A stretch of 43,466 nucleotides of DNA from a virus (Duplodnaviria; Caudoviricetes): the IMG/VR virus record IMGVR_UViG_3300037657_000249, positions 1 to 43,466 of that record; one strand, written 5' to 3'. The notes under the pieces were generated by a model. It did not search any database. It had not been told where the DNA came from and saw nothing but the letters and a program-made list of their open reading frames with translations. Positions 16,031 to 26,074 of the stretch are shown here, one piece after another; position 1 is the first letter of the stretch; each line of letters starts with the position of its first letter. Both the position numbers and the translations under genes were made by a program.

Positions 16031-17535
16031 CCGACTAGCCCCTGGATCGCGGCGATGATCCACGCGACCGCGATACCGGCGAGCGTCACGATCCCGGCGA
16101 TGATCCCGGCGAGCGGGTTCGTCGGGGTGCTCGGCTGCGGCTGCGGCTCGGGCTCGGGCTCGGGCTGCGGTTCCGGCTGCGGCTCGGGCTCGGGGTCCGA
16201 CGTCGCCGGGGGCTGCCCGGTCGCCGGGTCGAGGCGGCCGTCGTGGAACATTTCCGCGTACTCTCGCACCTTGGCGGTGTCGATCGTCGAGCACGCCGTC
16301 GCGAACACCTTTCCGGTCTCCGGGTTCACAACCTCGTTGTGCCGGAGGATCGCCTCGGTCCGAAGCCGCGGGTTCTTCAGCTCGACGACGTAGTGGACGA
16401 AGCCGAGCGTCTTGTATCCGCCCTCGGTGAGCTGCGGGTCGTTCTCGGTAGTCCATGCCTTCGTCGAGCGCGCGCCGGTCGTGTAGGCGACCCGGTCGAG
16501 CGGAATCATCTTCGTCACTCGGCCCTCGCTCGTAACGAGGTTTGCGCCGAGGTCAGCCGTGCGGCGGAGGTAGTCGACCAGTCCGTCGTGCGTCTGCTCG
16601 CCGACGGCGCCCCACCAATGGACGTGTGATTCCACGACCTCGCGGCGGTAGTCGCCCCCGTACTTGCCCTCGTAGTAGGCGCGAGCCTCCTCGTTAGTGT
16701 TGAGGGTCGAGTCGAGGTCGGGGACCTCCTCGAAGCTGAGCCACGCCTTCGCGATCTCGAAGTCCTCGGCCGTGACGTCGACGATCGGCAGGACCGGCGG
16801 GCGCTCGGGCTCGGGCTCCGGGTCCGGGGTCGGCTCGGTGACGTTGAGCCTCGGGAGCCCGTCGAGCGAGGAGGAGGTGAACCGGCTGCGGTGGAAGAAT
16901 CGCCCTTCGTAGGCGCCGACGAGCCACACGGTATCGCCGTCGCCCCAAACGTCCTCCCCGTTGTCCACGTAGCCCTTGAAGTCGAGGACGTCGCCGGGCT
17001 GAAACTCCCGCGTAACGGTCGACGCCGTGTTGGGAGCGCTGCGCTCGTTCACGCCTTTAGGGCCGACGATGCGCTGATTCGCCTTCAGCGGCGGCGGAGC
17101 TGGGGCCTCGACCGGAACGACGTTCCCGCCGTTCGTCGCGGACCATCCGAGGAAGGGCAGGTGCGTGAATTGGGAGTGATGGACGAGGCCCGCGTTGCCA
17201 GCCACGCCGCCGAAGCGCTGCGTGACGTGCTTCGAGCCCATCATCCACCAACCGCCGCCTACGTGGATCGCGACGTGGTCGTCCGGGTCCCAGCGCCAAT
17301 AGCCGATAGCCCCGAGAGGCATGTTGGATGCGTCGGGGTTCAGCCAGCCGGACGCGAGGCGTGCGGCGCGCGCGCTCGGGTAGTCGCGGACGAACGTCCC
17401 GGCGAACTTCGCCGCCCGGGTCACGAATGCCTGGCACCACATATGCCACTCTTCGTAACCGCCGCCCGAGGGGTTGTAACCCTCGAACTGGGCTCGGTAG
17501 AAGTCAACGGTTGCCAATGACTTGGCTCCTTTCAA
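16027..17535 (-). CDS. Modular endolysin (CHAP/NlpC-like, SH3-like, amidase, C-terminal TM), 502 aa
   Basis: WCQAFV...HVAI Cys/His peptidase; VNERSAPNT SH3b-like; HWWG...HNEV...TACS amidase; PEPQ linker; hydrophobic tail. Confidence 0.85.
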   Translation of the reverse strand: MKGAKSLATVDFYRAQFEGYNPSGGGYEEWHMWCQAFVTRAAKFAGTFVRDYPSARAARLASGWLNPDASNMPLGAIGYWRWDPDDHVAIHVGGGWWMMGSKHVTQRFGGVAGNAGLVHHSQFTHLPFLGWSATNGGNVVPVEAPAPPPLKANQRIVGPKGVNERSAPNTASTVTREFQPGDVLDFKGYVDNGEDVWGDGDTVWLVGAYEGRFFHRSRFTSSSLDGLPRLNVTEPTPDPEPEPERPPVLPIVDVTAEDFEIAKAWLSFEEVPDLDSTLNTNEEARAYYEGKYGGDYRREVVESHVHWWGAVGEQTHDGLVDYLRRTADLGANLVTSEGRVTKMIPLDRVAYTTGARSTKAWTTENDPQLTEGGYKTLGFVHYVVELKNPRLRTEAILRHNEVVNPETGKVFATACSTIDTAKVREYAEMFHDGRLDPATGQPPATSDPEPEPQPEPQPEPEPEPQPQPSTPTNPLAGIIAGIVTLAGIAVAWIIAAIQGLVG

Positions 17536-17589
17536 TAGGGAAGCCCCCGCCCGTGATGGGCGAGGGCTGGGGTAGCAGTTGGGGCGCGG

Positions 17590-18420
17590 CTAGAGCGCTG
17601 GGCTCCAAGAGGTGCCGTCGCCGACGTAGACCTCGGCGAGCGGCCAAGTCGAACCGTTGCCGACGTAGACCTCGGCGGTGCCGAAGGTCGAGCCGTCAGA
17701 GACGTAGGCGCCCGAGAGGGTCTTCGCCTCCGTGGCGCCTGAGCGCGGGCCGACTGTTCCGGCCGCGTCGGTGACTGGGTTTTTCGCCGAGACACGGACG
17801 TAGTAGCGGACGCCGGGCGTTAGGCCGGTCAGCGTTGCCGAGAGCGTTGACACGGTCTTGGTCTGCACGCCGGTCGTAAACGCGGCGTCAGTGGCGTACT
17901 GGACCTCATAGCCCGAGACGCCTAGCTCGGTCGTGTCTGCCGGGGCCGCCCAAGCGACGGTCATCGAGGTACTCTGCACGTTCGAGATCGCGACGCTCTG
18001 CGGGGCGCTCGGGGCCTGCACGTATCGGTAGGTGCCGGTGAGGCCACCGGACCAACTCCAGTTCGTCGAGTCCCACGTCGTACCGCCCGAGCCGCGTCCG
18101 AAGTAGACCTGCCCCGAGAAGTGCATATAGAACGTCGTCGACCCACCATTGACGAGCCAGTAAGACGTGCCGATCATGCCGGTCCCGTTTACACCTCCCG
18201 GCATCCCAAACCACCCGGTCTGTGCCGACCCGAGCTGAAGGAGCACGCTCACGGCGCCGCTCCGTCCGCCGATCACGCCGTAGAGCCCGACGATCAGGCA
18301 CGCGGTCGACCCGTTCGCCATTGCGCGGCCCGTGGGGAGCCCGATCCCGTCGGTCCGTACCGGACTCGCGTCCGTATATGCCTGCCCGTTCGAGTAGGCG
18401 CCAAAGCCGACGTCAGGCAC
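17590..18420 (-). CDS. Minor tail protein with fibronectin type III domain
   Basis: PSAPQSV...VAWAAP...GYEVQY...LTGLTPGVRYYVRVSA; C-terminal YVGNG repeats. Confidence 0.8.
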   Translation of the reverse strand: MPDVGFGAYSNGQAYTDASPVRTDGIGLPTGRAMANGSTACLIVGLYGVIGGRSGAVSVLLQLGSAQTGWFGMPGGVNGTGMIGTSYWLVNGGSTTFYMHFSGQVYFGRGSGGTTWDSTNWSWSGGLTGTYRYVQAPSAPQSVAISNVQSTSMTVAWAAPADTTELGVSGYEVQYATDAAFTTGVQTKTVSTLSATLTGLTPGVRYYVRVSAKNPVTDAAGTVGPRSGATEAKTLSGAYVSDGSTFGTAEVYVGNGSTWPLAEVYVGDGTSWSPAL

Positions 18421-19159
18421 TTGTCTTGATCCAGACTCGCCCGGCGACGTTGGTCGGCGCGGTAGGCTGCACGAATATCCCGAGCGCGTTCAGGGCTGCG
18501 GTGGCGGTCGTGGCGCCCGTGCCGCCTCGCGCGATCGAGAGCGTCCCGGTGTGCTGCGCGCCGTTGAGGTCGTGCGCGGGCACGAGGTCTACCCACGAGG
18601 TGCCGTTGAAGTACTCCCAGACACCCGTAGCCGTGTTGTAGCCGAGCTGTCCCTTCCGCGGCGCGGTCGGTCGCGTCGACCACGAGCGGACGGGAAGCGC
18701 CGTGAACGAACGGCGGTCGGTCACCTTCGCCTGGACGATGGAGGTCACTCCGGCGTCCACGCGGACGTCGGCGACGGGCCACTCCCAGACGCCCGAGGCG
18801 CTCTGCGTGAGGGTCGGCGGGCTGGGGTCGGCGGCCGGTTCCCCGGCGCGGACGACGGTCTGGATTACGGGGGTCGTCGTCCGGTCGAGACGCTTTACGA
18901 TCGTGTCGATACGCGCGAGTCCAGAACCGACAGACGGGGCCGCACTGATCGTGACGCTCGCGGGCGCGGCGTCTCCGCCGAGCACGCCCTGGACGAATCC
19001 TTCGCCAGCGGCAAGGGAGACGGTCATGCCCGAGCCGGTCGCGGTCGGGGCGAAGGCTCCCTCGGTCGTGGCGCCGTCGGGAATGATCTTCAGGATGAAG
19101 TTGGACCATTGCGTGTCCTGCATCCCGGTTAGGGCCTTCGGGTATGCGTAATCGGCCAT
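18413..19159 (-). CDS. Minor tail protein, 248 aa
   Basis: RIDTIVKRLD...WEWPVADVRV...TDRR motif typical of actinophage baseplate proteins. Confidence 0.8.
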   Translation of the reverse strand: MADYAYPKALTGMQDTQWSNFILKIIPDGATTEGAFAPTATGSGMTVSLAAGEGFVQGVLGGDAAPASVTISAAPSVGSGLARIDTIVKRLDRTTTPVIQTVVRAGEPAADPSPPTLTQSASGVWEWPVADVRVDAGVTSIVQAKVTDRRSFTALPVRSWSTRPTAPRKGQLGYNTATGVWEYFNGTSWVDLVPAHDLNGAQHTGTLSIARGGTGATTATAALNALGIFVQPTAPTNVAGRVWIKTSA

Positions 19160-19240
19160 AGTGGGGCTCCTTTGAACTAGGAAGGCCCCAGCCGGGAACT
19201 AGTCCGGGCTGGGGCCTTGGGGGTGTGAGTGGTGGCGCTA

Positions 19241-21400
19241 TCAGAGGGCGGCGAGTAGCTTGCCGGAAAACGCCGTGCCCCAGCCGCCTACCGTGATCGC
19301 GGTGTTATTCGCGTTCGTGAGGTACACCTCGACGTAATCGCCCGCGGCGAGCTGGACGATGCGCGTACCCGTGGCGAGGACGAACTGCCCGTAAGCGATC
19401 ACAACTTCGGCGTTCGGGAGGGGTGCGCCATTCTTGTAGAGGTATGCGATCGGGCCGGTTACAGATGTGGACTGCACTAGCGAGACAGTGAACTCGTATA
19501 GCCCGGGGACGGGGGCAGTGAACCTAGATAGCGTGCCGCTGTAGTGGCCGCCCTGGTTGACCTCGACGGTCGCAAACGGCATTTTCGTAGTGGTCGCCGT
19601 GCCTGACTTTGATACGAACACGTCCGGCTTCGCGTAGAACACGGGCAACGCCGCCCCGGAGGTCAGCGCTAGCTTTGCCTCTAGGGCGCCGACGCGGGTC
19701 GTCAGTGCGGAGTCGCCGGGTGTCTCGCCCGCCGACGCCTTGATAATGAAGCTCACGACTCGATAGGGCTGGAGGTTGTTGTGCGGTCCGTTCCCACCTG
19801 TCGCGCCGGTCTGGCCCGCGGAGTCGTGCGAGGCGACGCCGTAGTAGCTTCCGTTCGGCACGCTCACGCCGAAGCCGGTGATATCGAGGTGCGTGTGCGA
19901 CGGCATTTCGGCGACAGTCAGGGTGTGCGTTTTCGCGCCACCGCTCTCACCAAGGACGTCAAACTCTGACTGTGAGGCGTCTCGGCCAACGGGGACCCGG
20001 CCGCGGAAGTCGGGGAGATTGAACGTGGTCGAGCCGTTGCCCGCTCCGTAGGTCGTTCCGATCGCCGCGAACAGGCTCGCGTAGGTTGCCCGGGAGACTG
20101 CCTGCCCCTCGCAGAGGAGCCAGTTTGGCGGGGCCGTTGCCGAGCCCCACTCGACAATTACCCCGGCAGGTAGTGCCTCGATGATCTCCTCCCCGCTGCC
20201 ACCGCTCCCGACGTTCCGCTCAAGAGCTGAAACGCGGTCCTCTACTGCGCTAGCCCGCGACGCCGCGACGCGGTCGGGGTCGAAGCCGACGGGGTCGCCG
20301 ACGGTGGCGCCCGCGTAGATTCCGTCAGCGGAGACAGAGACGCGGACGCGCGAGATCGTCGCCTCGACCGGGACGCCCGCCACGTTGACCGTGACGCGGT
20401 CGCCGACCCACCAACGGAGCCCGAGCGTGCGGGCGTTGTAGTCGGAGGGTGTGACGTCAACGGAGGTGATCTCCGTTCCGTCCGTTACGAGAATCTCGTC
20501 GCCCGCGGCGTCTAGCTCGTCGGGGTCTGCGGTCTGGCGCTGGTCGACGACCCGCTCGATCACGCGGCCCCACTCGGCGGCTGCGACGTCGGACGCCGTG
20601 CTCGTGCGAGTGCGGATCACGCGCTCGGCGGCCTCGCCCTGACCTAGCACGATCACGCGCGTAGCCTCGGGCGAGCTGTAGGAGAACTTCGTTGAGCTGA
20701 GGGTGTCGGAGTCGATATCCATTCGGACGGTGCCGGTGAGGTCCTCGGGCGTCGAGACTTGGAACTCAAGCGACGAGCCGACCTGCACGAGGTCGAAGAG
20801 GAGGTCGTCCGTTACCGCGAGCGCTTGGCACAGTTCGAGGAGCGAGGCGAACCTCGCCGACTTCGTCCGGGTGCTCCCGCGGCCGAGGTCCGGTGCGAGA
20901 GTGATTCGCGGGTCTCGGCGCTCTGTCGGCGCGGTCGGCCCGATGTTCGCGCTCACGAAGGCGCGCATGATCGTCTCGGCCTTGCCCGTGCGGACGTCGT
21001 AGGCGGCGCTCTGCGAGGAGAGCTGTGCATCCGCGATCGTCGGGTTAGGGAACGCGGCACGGTCGGCCAAGACGAGGAGGTCAGATGCGCCCTCGAAGGT
21101 CCAAGTCCCTCCCGGGTCGTCGGTCGTGGCGTCGTGCGTGGGGGTGAGCATTGGGCCGGAGAATCGGCGGCCTCCGGGGAGGGCGACGATGATCCCTGCC
21201 CCGGGCGTCGCCAGAGCTGCGCCGAGCTTGTGCCGGACCCACTTTCCGCTCTCGTCGCGGACGAGGTGCGGAAGGCGGAGGGTCCATGCGCCGACGTCGT
21301 TCTTCGCGGGGAAGAGGTTGAAGTCGGTTAGGTCCTCGTCGGCCAGGACACCGACGCGAGCGAGCGAGCGGTCGCGTACTTGGACAACAATTGGGAGCAC
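19241..21400 (-). CDS. Minor tail protein: Gp37-like hub fused to tail-collar and C1q-like domains, 719 aa
   Basis: GQGEAAER and WVGDRVTV hub motifs; PAGVIVEW...WLLCEGQAVSRATYASLFAAIGTTYGAG collar; FTAPVPGLYEF C1q-like; GTG start at 21400. Confidence 0.85.
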   Translation of the reverse strand: MLPIVVQVRDRSLARVGVLADEDLTDFNLFPAKNDVGAWTLRLPHLVRDESGKWVRHKLGAALATPGAGIIVALPGGRRFSGPMLTPTHDATTDDPGGTWTFEGASDLLVLADRAAFPNPTIADAQLSSQSAAYDVRTGKAETIMRAFVSANIGPTAPTERRDPRITLAPDLGRGSTRTKSARFASLLELCQALAVTDDLLFDLVQVGSSLEFQVSTPEDLTGTVRMDIDSDTLSSTKFSYSSPEATRVIVLGQGEAAERVIRTRTSTASDVAAAEWGRVIERVVDQRQTADPDELDAAGDEILVTDGTEITSVDVTPSDYNARTLGLRWWVGDRVTVNVAGVPVEATISRVRVSVSADGIYAGATVGDPVGFDPDRVAASRASAVEDRVSALERNVGSGGSGEEIIEALPAGVIVEWGSATAPPNWLLCEGQAVSRATYASLFAAIGTTYGAGNGSTTFNLPDFRGRVPVGRDASQSEFDVLGESGGAKTHTLTVAEMPSHTHLDITGFGVSVPNGSYYGVASHDSAGQTGATGGNGPHNNLQPYRVVSFIIKASAGETPGDSALTTRVGALEAKLALTSGAALPVFYAKPDVFVSKSGTATTTKMPFATVEVNQGGHYSGTLSRFTAPVPGLYEFTVSLVQSTSVTGPIAYLYKNGAPLPNAEVVIAYGQFVLATGTRIVQLAAGDYVEVYLTNANNTAITVGGWGTAFSGKLLAAL

Positions 21401-22275
21401 TAGAAGACCAATCTGTAACGGGGCTTGAATCGGCCGATGACCTTCGTCGACTCGTCCGCACCGAGGACCGAAACGGTGATCTCGCTCTGTCCCGCGGGCA
21501 TCCTGAAGAAGGTCGGCACGTCGCCGATTGAGCCGAAGCGGTTGTCTCCGAGGTTGTCGACGACCTCGATCCCGGCGGGCGTCTTGCGAACGAAGATCGT
21601 TTCGCCGTCGAGCACGTCGTCCTCGAACTCCCAGCCGCCCGCGTCGGTCGAGACGGTGACCTTCGTGAACGGCCCTTGTAGCTCCCAGTCGATCCACGAC
21701 TCGACGCGGCCGTGGTTGGTCAGCGTGACCACTCCGGCGGCGTTCGAGGGCATGAGGTAGACCCGCGGGAGGGACTCAAGGAAGCCCGTCGGCGTCGCGG
21801 TCTGCTGGACCGTGAAGGAGTCGTAGGCCGTGTCGGTGAGGTAGGGGTCCGGGCAGTCGAGCGTCAGTATCCAGCTCGCGCTCTTCTCGTCGTCCGCGAA
21901 CGACTCGGCGCCGCCTTGGATATGGAGGAACTCGACCTCTCGCGCGGCGCCGTTGTCGTAGGTGACGCGGAGCCGAGGAAGTGGCTTCCCGTCGACGTAA
22001 GAGATCGCGTCGGCTAGCCGGTTCAAGTTCGTCTCTGTCGTCGTTCGATTTGTCCCGAGAACGTCTACGGCGAGGGTGATGATGCGTCCCGAGACGCGGA
22101 CGTTCCCGACCCGACGACCGTCCCCAGCGGATTCGCTGGTCGTGATCGTCGGGGCGGGAATCCCGAATCCGGTTGTCCCATCCATCACGCGGAAGTCGCC
22201 CGGCGTGCCGACGTTGGTCGCGAGCCGAAGCTCCTCGCCGAGCGGTGAGATCAGGCTCATTGACGGATTCGCCAT
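21400..22275 (-). CDS. Distal tail (Dit-like) minor tail protein
   Basis: Immediately after the tape measure gene; L-x-CPDPY and N-x-G motifs. Confidence 0.8.
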   Translation of the reverse strand: MANPSMSLISPLGEELRLATNVGTPGDFRVMDGTTGFGIPAPTITTSESAGDGRRVGNVRVSGRIITLAVDVLGTNRTTTETNLNRLADAISYVDGKPLPRLRVTYDNGAAREVEFLHIQGGAESFADDEKSASWILTLDCPDPYLTDTAYDSFTVQQTATPTGFLESLPRVYLMPSNAAGVVTLTNHGRVESWIDWELQGPFTKVTVSTDAGGWEFEDDVLDGETIFVRKTPAGIEVVDNLGDNRFGSIGDVPTFFRMPAGQSEITVSVLGADESTKVIGRFKPRYRLVF

Positions 22276-24342
22276 TTACTTACCTCTCCTCCGCGCGGCT
22301 AGGCGCTGTTCTGCGATCGTCTGGGCGCGCGAGAGCTTCGCGGCCTTGTCCTCTTGTGAGGTCGAGTTGTCGATGTAGTCGATTTCGACGGTGTCCCCAG
22401 CGGCCGGAATGAGTCCCGCGAGCTGAGCGGCGAGGCCGCCCGTAGGGACGTCGGTAGAGCCAAAGCTCGGGACGCTTGGGACGGCCGGAATGAGCGACTT
22501 CGACGCGCGCGCGACGAGGTCCGCGGTCGCGAAGAGGCCGTTCGCCATTCCTTGCCCCGTGTACCGCCCGAGCTCAAACATGAGACGGGACGGTGAGTGG
22601 ATGCCAAGGAAGTTCTTCACGGCCTCGATGCCGCCTTGGATCGGCTCGACGATCGAGCTATAGATCCAATCGGCCATTGAGCCGATACCGTCGATCAGAC
22701 CTTGTACGAGGTTCTTACCCGCGTCGAAGAGCCACGATCCGATACCGGAGATCGCCCGGATGATGCCGTCATTGAGGCCCACGAAGAACCCGATGACGTC
22801 CTGAACGCCCGTCACGATCGGCTGGGTAAAGAGGTTCCACGCCTCGACGACGAACGGAATGAGCCAAGCGAAGAGGGCAATAACGATGTTGCCGACGCCC
22901 TCGATCAGGCCGCGGAAGATTCCCACGGCCCCGTCGACGATCTGCGAGAAGCCCTTCCAGACGAGGTCCCAGTCGCCGGTAAAGATGCCCTGAATGACCG
23001 TCACGGCGCCCGTGACTATGTCGATGATCCCGCCGAACACTTGGCCGATCGTCTGGAATACGGCGCTAAGCACGCCGGTAATGAGTGGCCCTACGACCTC
23101 CCACACGGCGCCGAGCGTCGCCGCCACGGTGGACAGGACCGGCCCGACCGTCTCGGCGACTGCCTGGATCAGCTCGCCGATCTTTCCGAGGGCTACGCCG
23201 ATGATCGGCGCCGCGTCGGCGAACACGGGGAAGAGCTGATTCACGAACAGGTCGACGAGGAACGCGACAAGCGGCTGAGTGCCGGTCACGATCCCAGAGA
23301 CGAGGTTGCCGATCGCGGGAAGAACGGTGCCGGTGACGACGTTCGCGATGGACTGGACCGTGCCGAGGAACTCCCCGAACTTCGACGAGGTCGCGTCGGT
23401 CGGACCTGCCAGTCCACCGAAGCCGGAGATAAGCGAATTGATCGCCGGCCCGGCGAGATCGGCGAGCTTCACGATCCCGTCAGAGACAAACAGGATCGAG
23501 GCGGCCAGCGCGTCGGCTGCCGGAGGGAGAATCTTCGTCAGTAGCGGGACGAGGGGCTCAAGGCCCTTTGCCATTGCCATGTTGAGCGTGTCGGTAACGG
23601 TGCTCCACACGCCCTGAAGGGTCAGGGCTTGCTTCGCCATGCTCCCGCCGTAGTCCTTCTGCATCTGTGCAGCGAGGATCGGGAGAACGTCATTAGCGAG
23701 TAGCTCGCCCTTCTGCATCATTGCTTGCAGCTCGGGGACGGTCTTACCCATCGCCTTAGCGAGGAGCGGCCAGATAGGGAGCCCGGCCTCGGAGATTTGG
23801 AGAAGCTCCTCGGCCTGGACCTTGCCCTTCGACTGAATCTGTGTCCACGCCCGCATTACGGAGTTGAGCTGATCCTGATTCAGGCCGAGAGCTGCGGCGG
23901 AGTCGCCGAGCGCGTTCATGGTCGGAAGGACCTGATCGGCCGCGATCCCGACGCCGAGTAGCGACCGGGCGTTAGCCACGAGGCCGGGCAACTCGAACGG
24001 GGTTCGCTTGGCGAAGTCAGAGAGGCTCGTAAGCATCCCCTCGACGTCTCCGCCGGGGCCGAGGAGCGTCTCGAACGAGATTCGTGCCTGCTCCATGAAG
24101 GATGCAGTCGCGAGTCCATCCTTGATCCCGTTACCGACCGCGAGACCGAGACCGAGACCGAGCGCCGGGCCGATCATGGACCGCATGAGCGGCAGGAACG
24201 AGCCGCCGAAGGCGTTGGCGGACCGGCGCCCGCTCTCGCCTCCGGCGGCGGTCAGGGCCGGGTTGATCTGGCCCCCGAGGGCGGCCGAGAAGCCCTGAGC
24301 GACCGGGAGGATCGTCAGGGTCGCATAACCGACATTGGACAC
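22276..24342 (-). CDS. Tape measure protein, 688 aa
   Basis: FAKRTPFE...QIQSKGKVQAEELLQ tape-measure domain; LGIHSPSR. Confidence 0.95.
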   Translation of the reverse strand: MSNVGYATLTILPVAQGFSAALGGQINPALTAAGGESGRRSANAFGGSFLPLMRSMIGPALGLGLGLAVGNGIKDGLATASFMEQARISFETLLGPGGDVEGMLTSLSDFAKRTPFELPGLVANARSLLGVGIAADQVLPTMNALGDSAAALGLNQDQLNSVMRAWTQIQSKGKVQAEELLQISEAGLPIWPLLAKAMGKTVPELQAMMQKGELLANDVLPILAAQMQKDYGGSMAKQALTLQGVWSTVTDTLNMAMAKGLEPLVPLLTKILPPAADALAASILFVSDGIVKLADLAGPAINSLISGFGGLAGPTDATSSKFGEFLGTVQSIANVVTGTVLPAIGNLVSGIVTGTQPLVAFLVDLFVNQLFPVFADAAPIIGVALGKIGELIQAVAETVGPVLSTVAATLGAVWEVVGPLITGVLSAVFQTIGQVFGGIIDIVTGAVTVIQGIFTGDWDLVWKGFSQIVDGAVGIFRGLIEGVGNIVIALFAWLIPFVVEAWNLFTQPIVTGVQDVIGFFVGLNDGIIRAISGIGSWLFDAGKNLVQGLIDGIGSMADWIYSSIVEPIQGGIEAVKNFLGIHSPSRLMFELGRYTGQGMANGLFATADLVARASKSLIPAVPSVPSFGSTDVPTGGLAAQLAGLIPAAGDTVEIDYIDNSTSQEDKAAKLSRAQTIAEQRLAARRRGK

Positions 24343-24380
24343 GGAGAGACCTCCTTAGAGGGTCGGGCTCCCCGGTGCGT

Positions 24381-24988
24381 TTACACGCCCCGCCTTGCTC
24401 GCTGGGCCTCAAGGGCGCGGCGAAGCTCCGCGTAGCGCGACGAGCTGGCGCTCTTCGGCTGCGGGCGGGCAGGGTGGAGGGAGCCGGTGAGGGCGTGGAA
24501 TACGTCCGCCAGTAGGTACGCCTGGACGTCCCAGCCTTCGCTCGCGTGCGAGAGGTGGCGTCGACAGGCGGATTCGGGCGGCAGGTTGTAGACGAGGACG
24601 GAAAGCCGCCGGACGGAAAGCTCGCCCCGGTAGAACTGCGCGAGGTCGACGCCGTAGTAACGCTGAAGGTCAGCCTCTACGGCGTCGACTCGCTCGCGGA
24701 GTAGCGAGGCGAGCTGCGTCAGTTTCCCGCGATACCGAGCGCGGTCTGGATCGCCTCGACGAGCGCGCCGACGTCCTTCACTTTCGGCTTCGTCGCGCGG
24801 AAGGCGGCGTGCTGCGCCGGGCCGAGTACGGCGGTGAGGAAGGCCACGAGGCGGCCGGACTCGAAGGCTTCGAGGGCCTCGTAGTCCCACTCGCTCGTCG
24901 GCAGGACGAGATAGTCCAGTCCGTTGTGGGAGAAGGCGACCTTCTCGCCGAGGGCCTCGGCGGCGGTTGCGTTGGGGGTGGAAGTCAT
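24381..24988 (-). CDS. Tail assembly chaperone, -1 frameshift extended product
   Basis: Slippery GGGAAAC at 24722-24728 before the TGA of the 24719-24988 ORF; the -1 frame continues GKLTQLASLL...EADLQRYYGVDL to TAA at 24381. Confidence 0.85.
24719..24988 (-). CDS. Tail assembly chaperone, short form, 89 aa
   Basis: Between the major tail and tape measure genes; RBS AAAGGAG; ends ...IAGN. Confidence 0.85.
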   Translation of the reverse strand: MTSTPNATAAEALGEKVAFSHNGLDYLVLPTSEWDYEALEAFESGRLVAFLTAVLGPAQHAAFRATKPKVKDVGALVEAIQTALGIAGN

Positions 24989-25081
24989 GGGTGCTCCTTT
25001 AGCGTGGGTTGGGAGGGGTGCGCGGGAATGAGGGGGACCGAGAGGACGCCCCACGCGGGCGCCCCCTCGGGGTCTTTGGGG

Positions 25082-25630
25082 CTACTCGGCCGGGTCGGTC
25101 TCGACGGTCATGTAGAGGGTGCCGTCGGACTCGGGGAAGATAACGACGGTGATCTCGTAGACGGTCGGGTCGGTCTCCGACTCCTTGATCTCCGCGACCT
25201 CCTGGACCTCCGCGCTCTTGGCGTGGCGGCGCTTGGTCCGGCCGCCGTCGACGAGCTGGAAGCCGATCGCGAACCGGGTTCCGACGGTCGGGACCTTGAT
25301 AGTCCCGGTGCGGACGCCGTCCGCGGTCGTACGGGTCGAGCCCGGGTTGACGAGGGCGAAGGTCGTCTCGTTATCTTCGAGGGCGACGAAGCGGAAAGTC
25401 CGCTTGTGCTTCGAGGAGGTGCGGCGGTACAGGATGCCGCCCCATGCGTACTTCTCGGAGGTCTCGCTCTCGCGTCCCTCCGTGAAGCCCTCGTCGCCGT
25501 CGAGGAGACCGACGAGGCTCCATCCGGCCGCCCACGACGAGGTGACGTCGTTCGGGCCGACAGTGCCCTCGGGCGCGATATAGACGTCCGCCCCCTGCCA
25601 GAGGGAGGTGTTCTTTGCGTCGCCAGACAT
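25082..25630 (-). CDS. Major tail protein, 182 aa
   Basis: ADVYIAP...W-x-LVGLLDGDEGF...AWGG...FVALED; position. Confidence 0.88.
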   Translation of the reverse strand: MSGDAKNTSLWQGADVYIAPEGTVGPNDVTSSWAAGWSLVGLLDGDEGFTEGRESETSEKYAWGGILYRRTSSKHKRTFRFVALEDNETTFALVNPGSTRTTADGVRTGTIKVPTVGTRFAIGFQLVDGGRTKRRHAKSAEVQEVAEIKESETDPTVYEITVVIFPESDGTLYMTVETDPAE

Positions 25631-25645
25631 AGGGGACGCTCCTTT

Positions 25646-26074
25646 CTAGGTGAGTTGGCGGGGCCGAAGCCGCGCCGTGATTGTGAAGAAGGAGAGCGGG
25701 AGCCCGGTCTCCGGGTCGTCCGTGGGGAGCGGGCCTGAGACCGGCGAGCATCCGCGGACCGCCGCCGAGTGGGCGGCGAGGAGGAGGGCCTCGCACAGAC
25801 CGGCCAACGCCTCGCCGAGGCCCACGTCGCGGTGATAGACGAGGACGCGAACGGTGGCGCGGCCGTCGAGGCGGGAGTCGCGATAGCGGCCGTCCGAGCG
25901 GACCTGCACGTATGGGAGGGTTCGCCCCTCGTCGGTGCCTGGGAGGTCTTTGGTCGAGACGACGGCGCCAGCGGCGAACTCCTCCGGGGAGTCGGCGATC
26001 AGCTCGCGGAGGAGGTCCCTAACTGCGAGCTGTGGGTCGGGGAACATCACGACGGTCTTAGCGAGCGGGCTCAC
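25646..26074 (-). CDS. Tail terminator protein
   Basis: FPDP...P-x-VQV-x-x-DG...GPLP-x-x-DP-x-TG; synteny. Confidence 0.75.
   Translation of the reverse strand: MSPLAKTVVMFPDPQLAVRDLLRELIADSPEEFAAGAVVSTKDLPGTDEGRTLPYVQVRSDGRYRDSRLDGRATVRVLVYHRDVGLGEALAGLCEALLLAAHSAAVRGCSPVSGPLPTDDPETGLPLSFFTITARLRPRQLT

Noticed and set aside
16133-16196. GGCTCG/GGCTGC hexamer tandem repeat as a contingency locus
   Set aside because: In-frame Pro-Glu/Pro-Gln linker of the endolysin; length change would not shift the frame.
17590-21400. Diversity-generating retroelement acting on tail genes
   Set aside because: No reverse transcriptase and no TR/VR pair; the short repeats at 17619-17710 are in-frame YVGxG peptide repeats.
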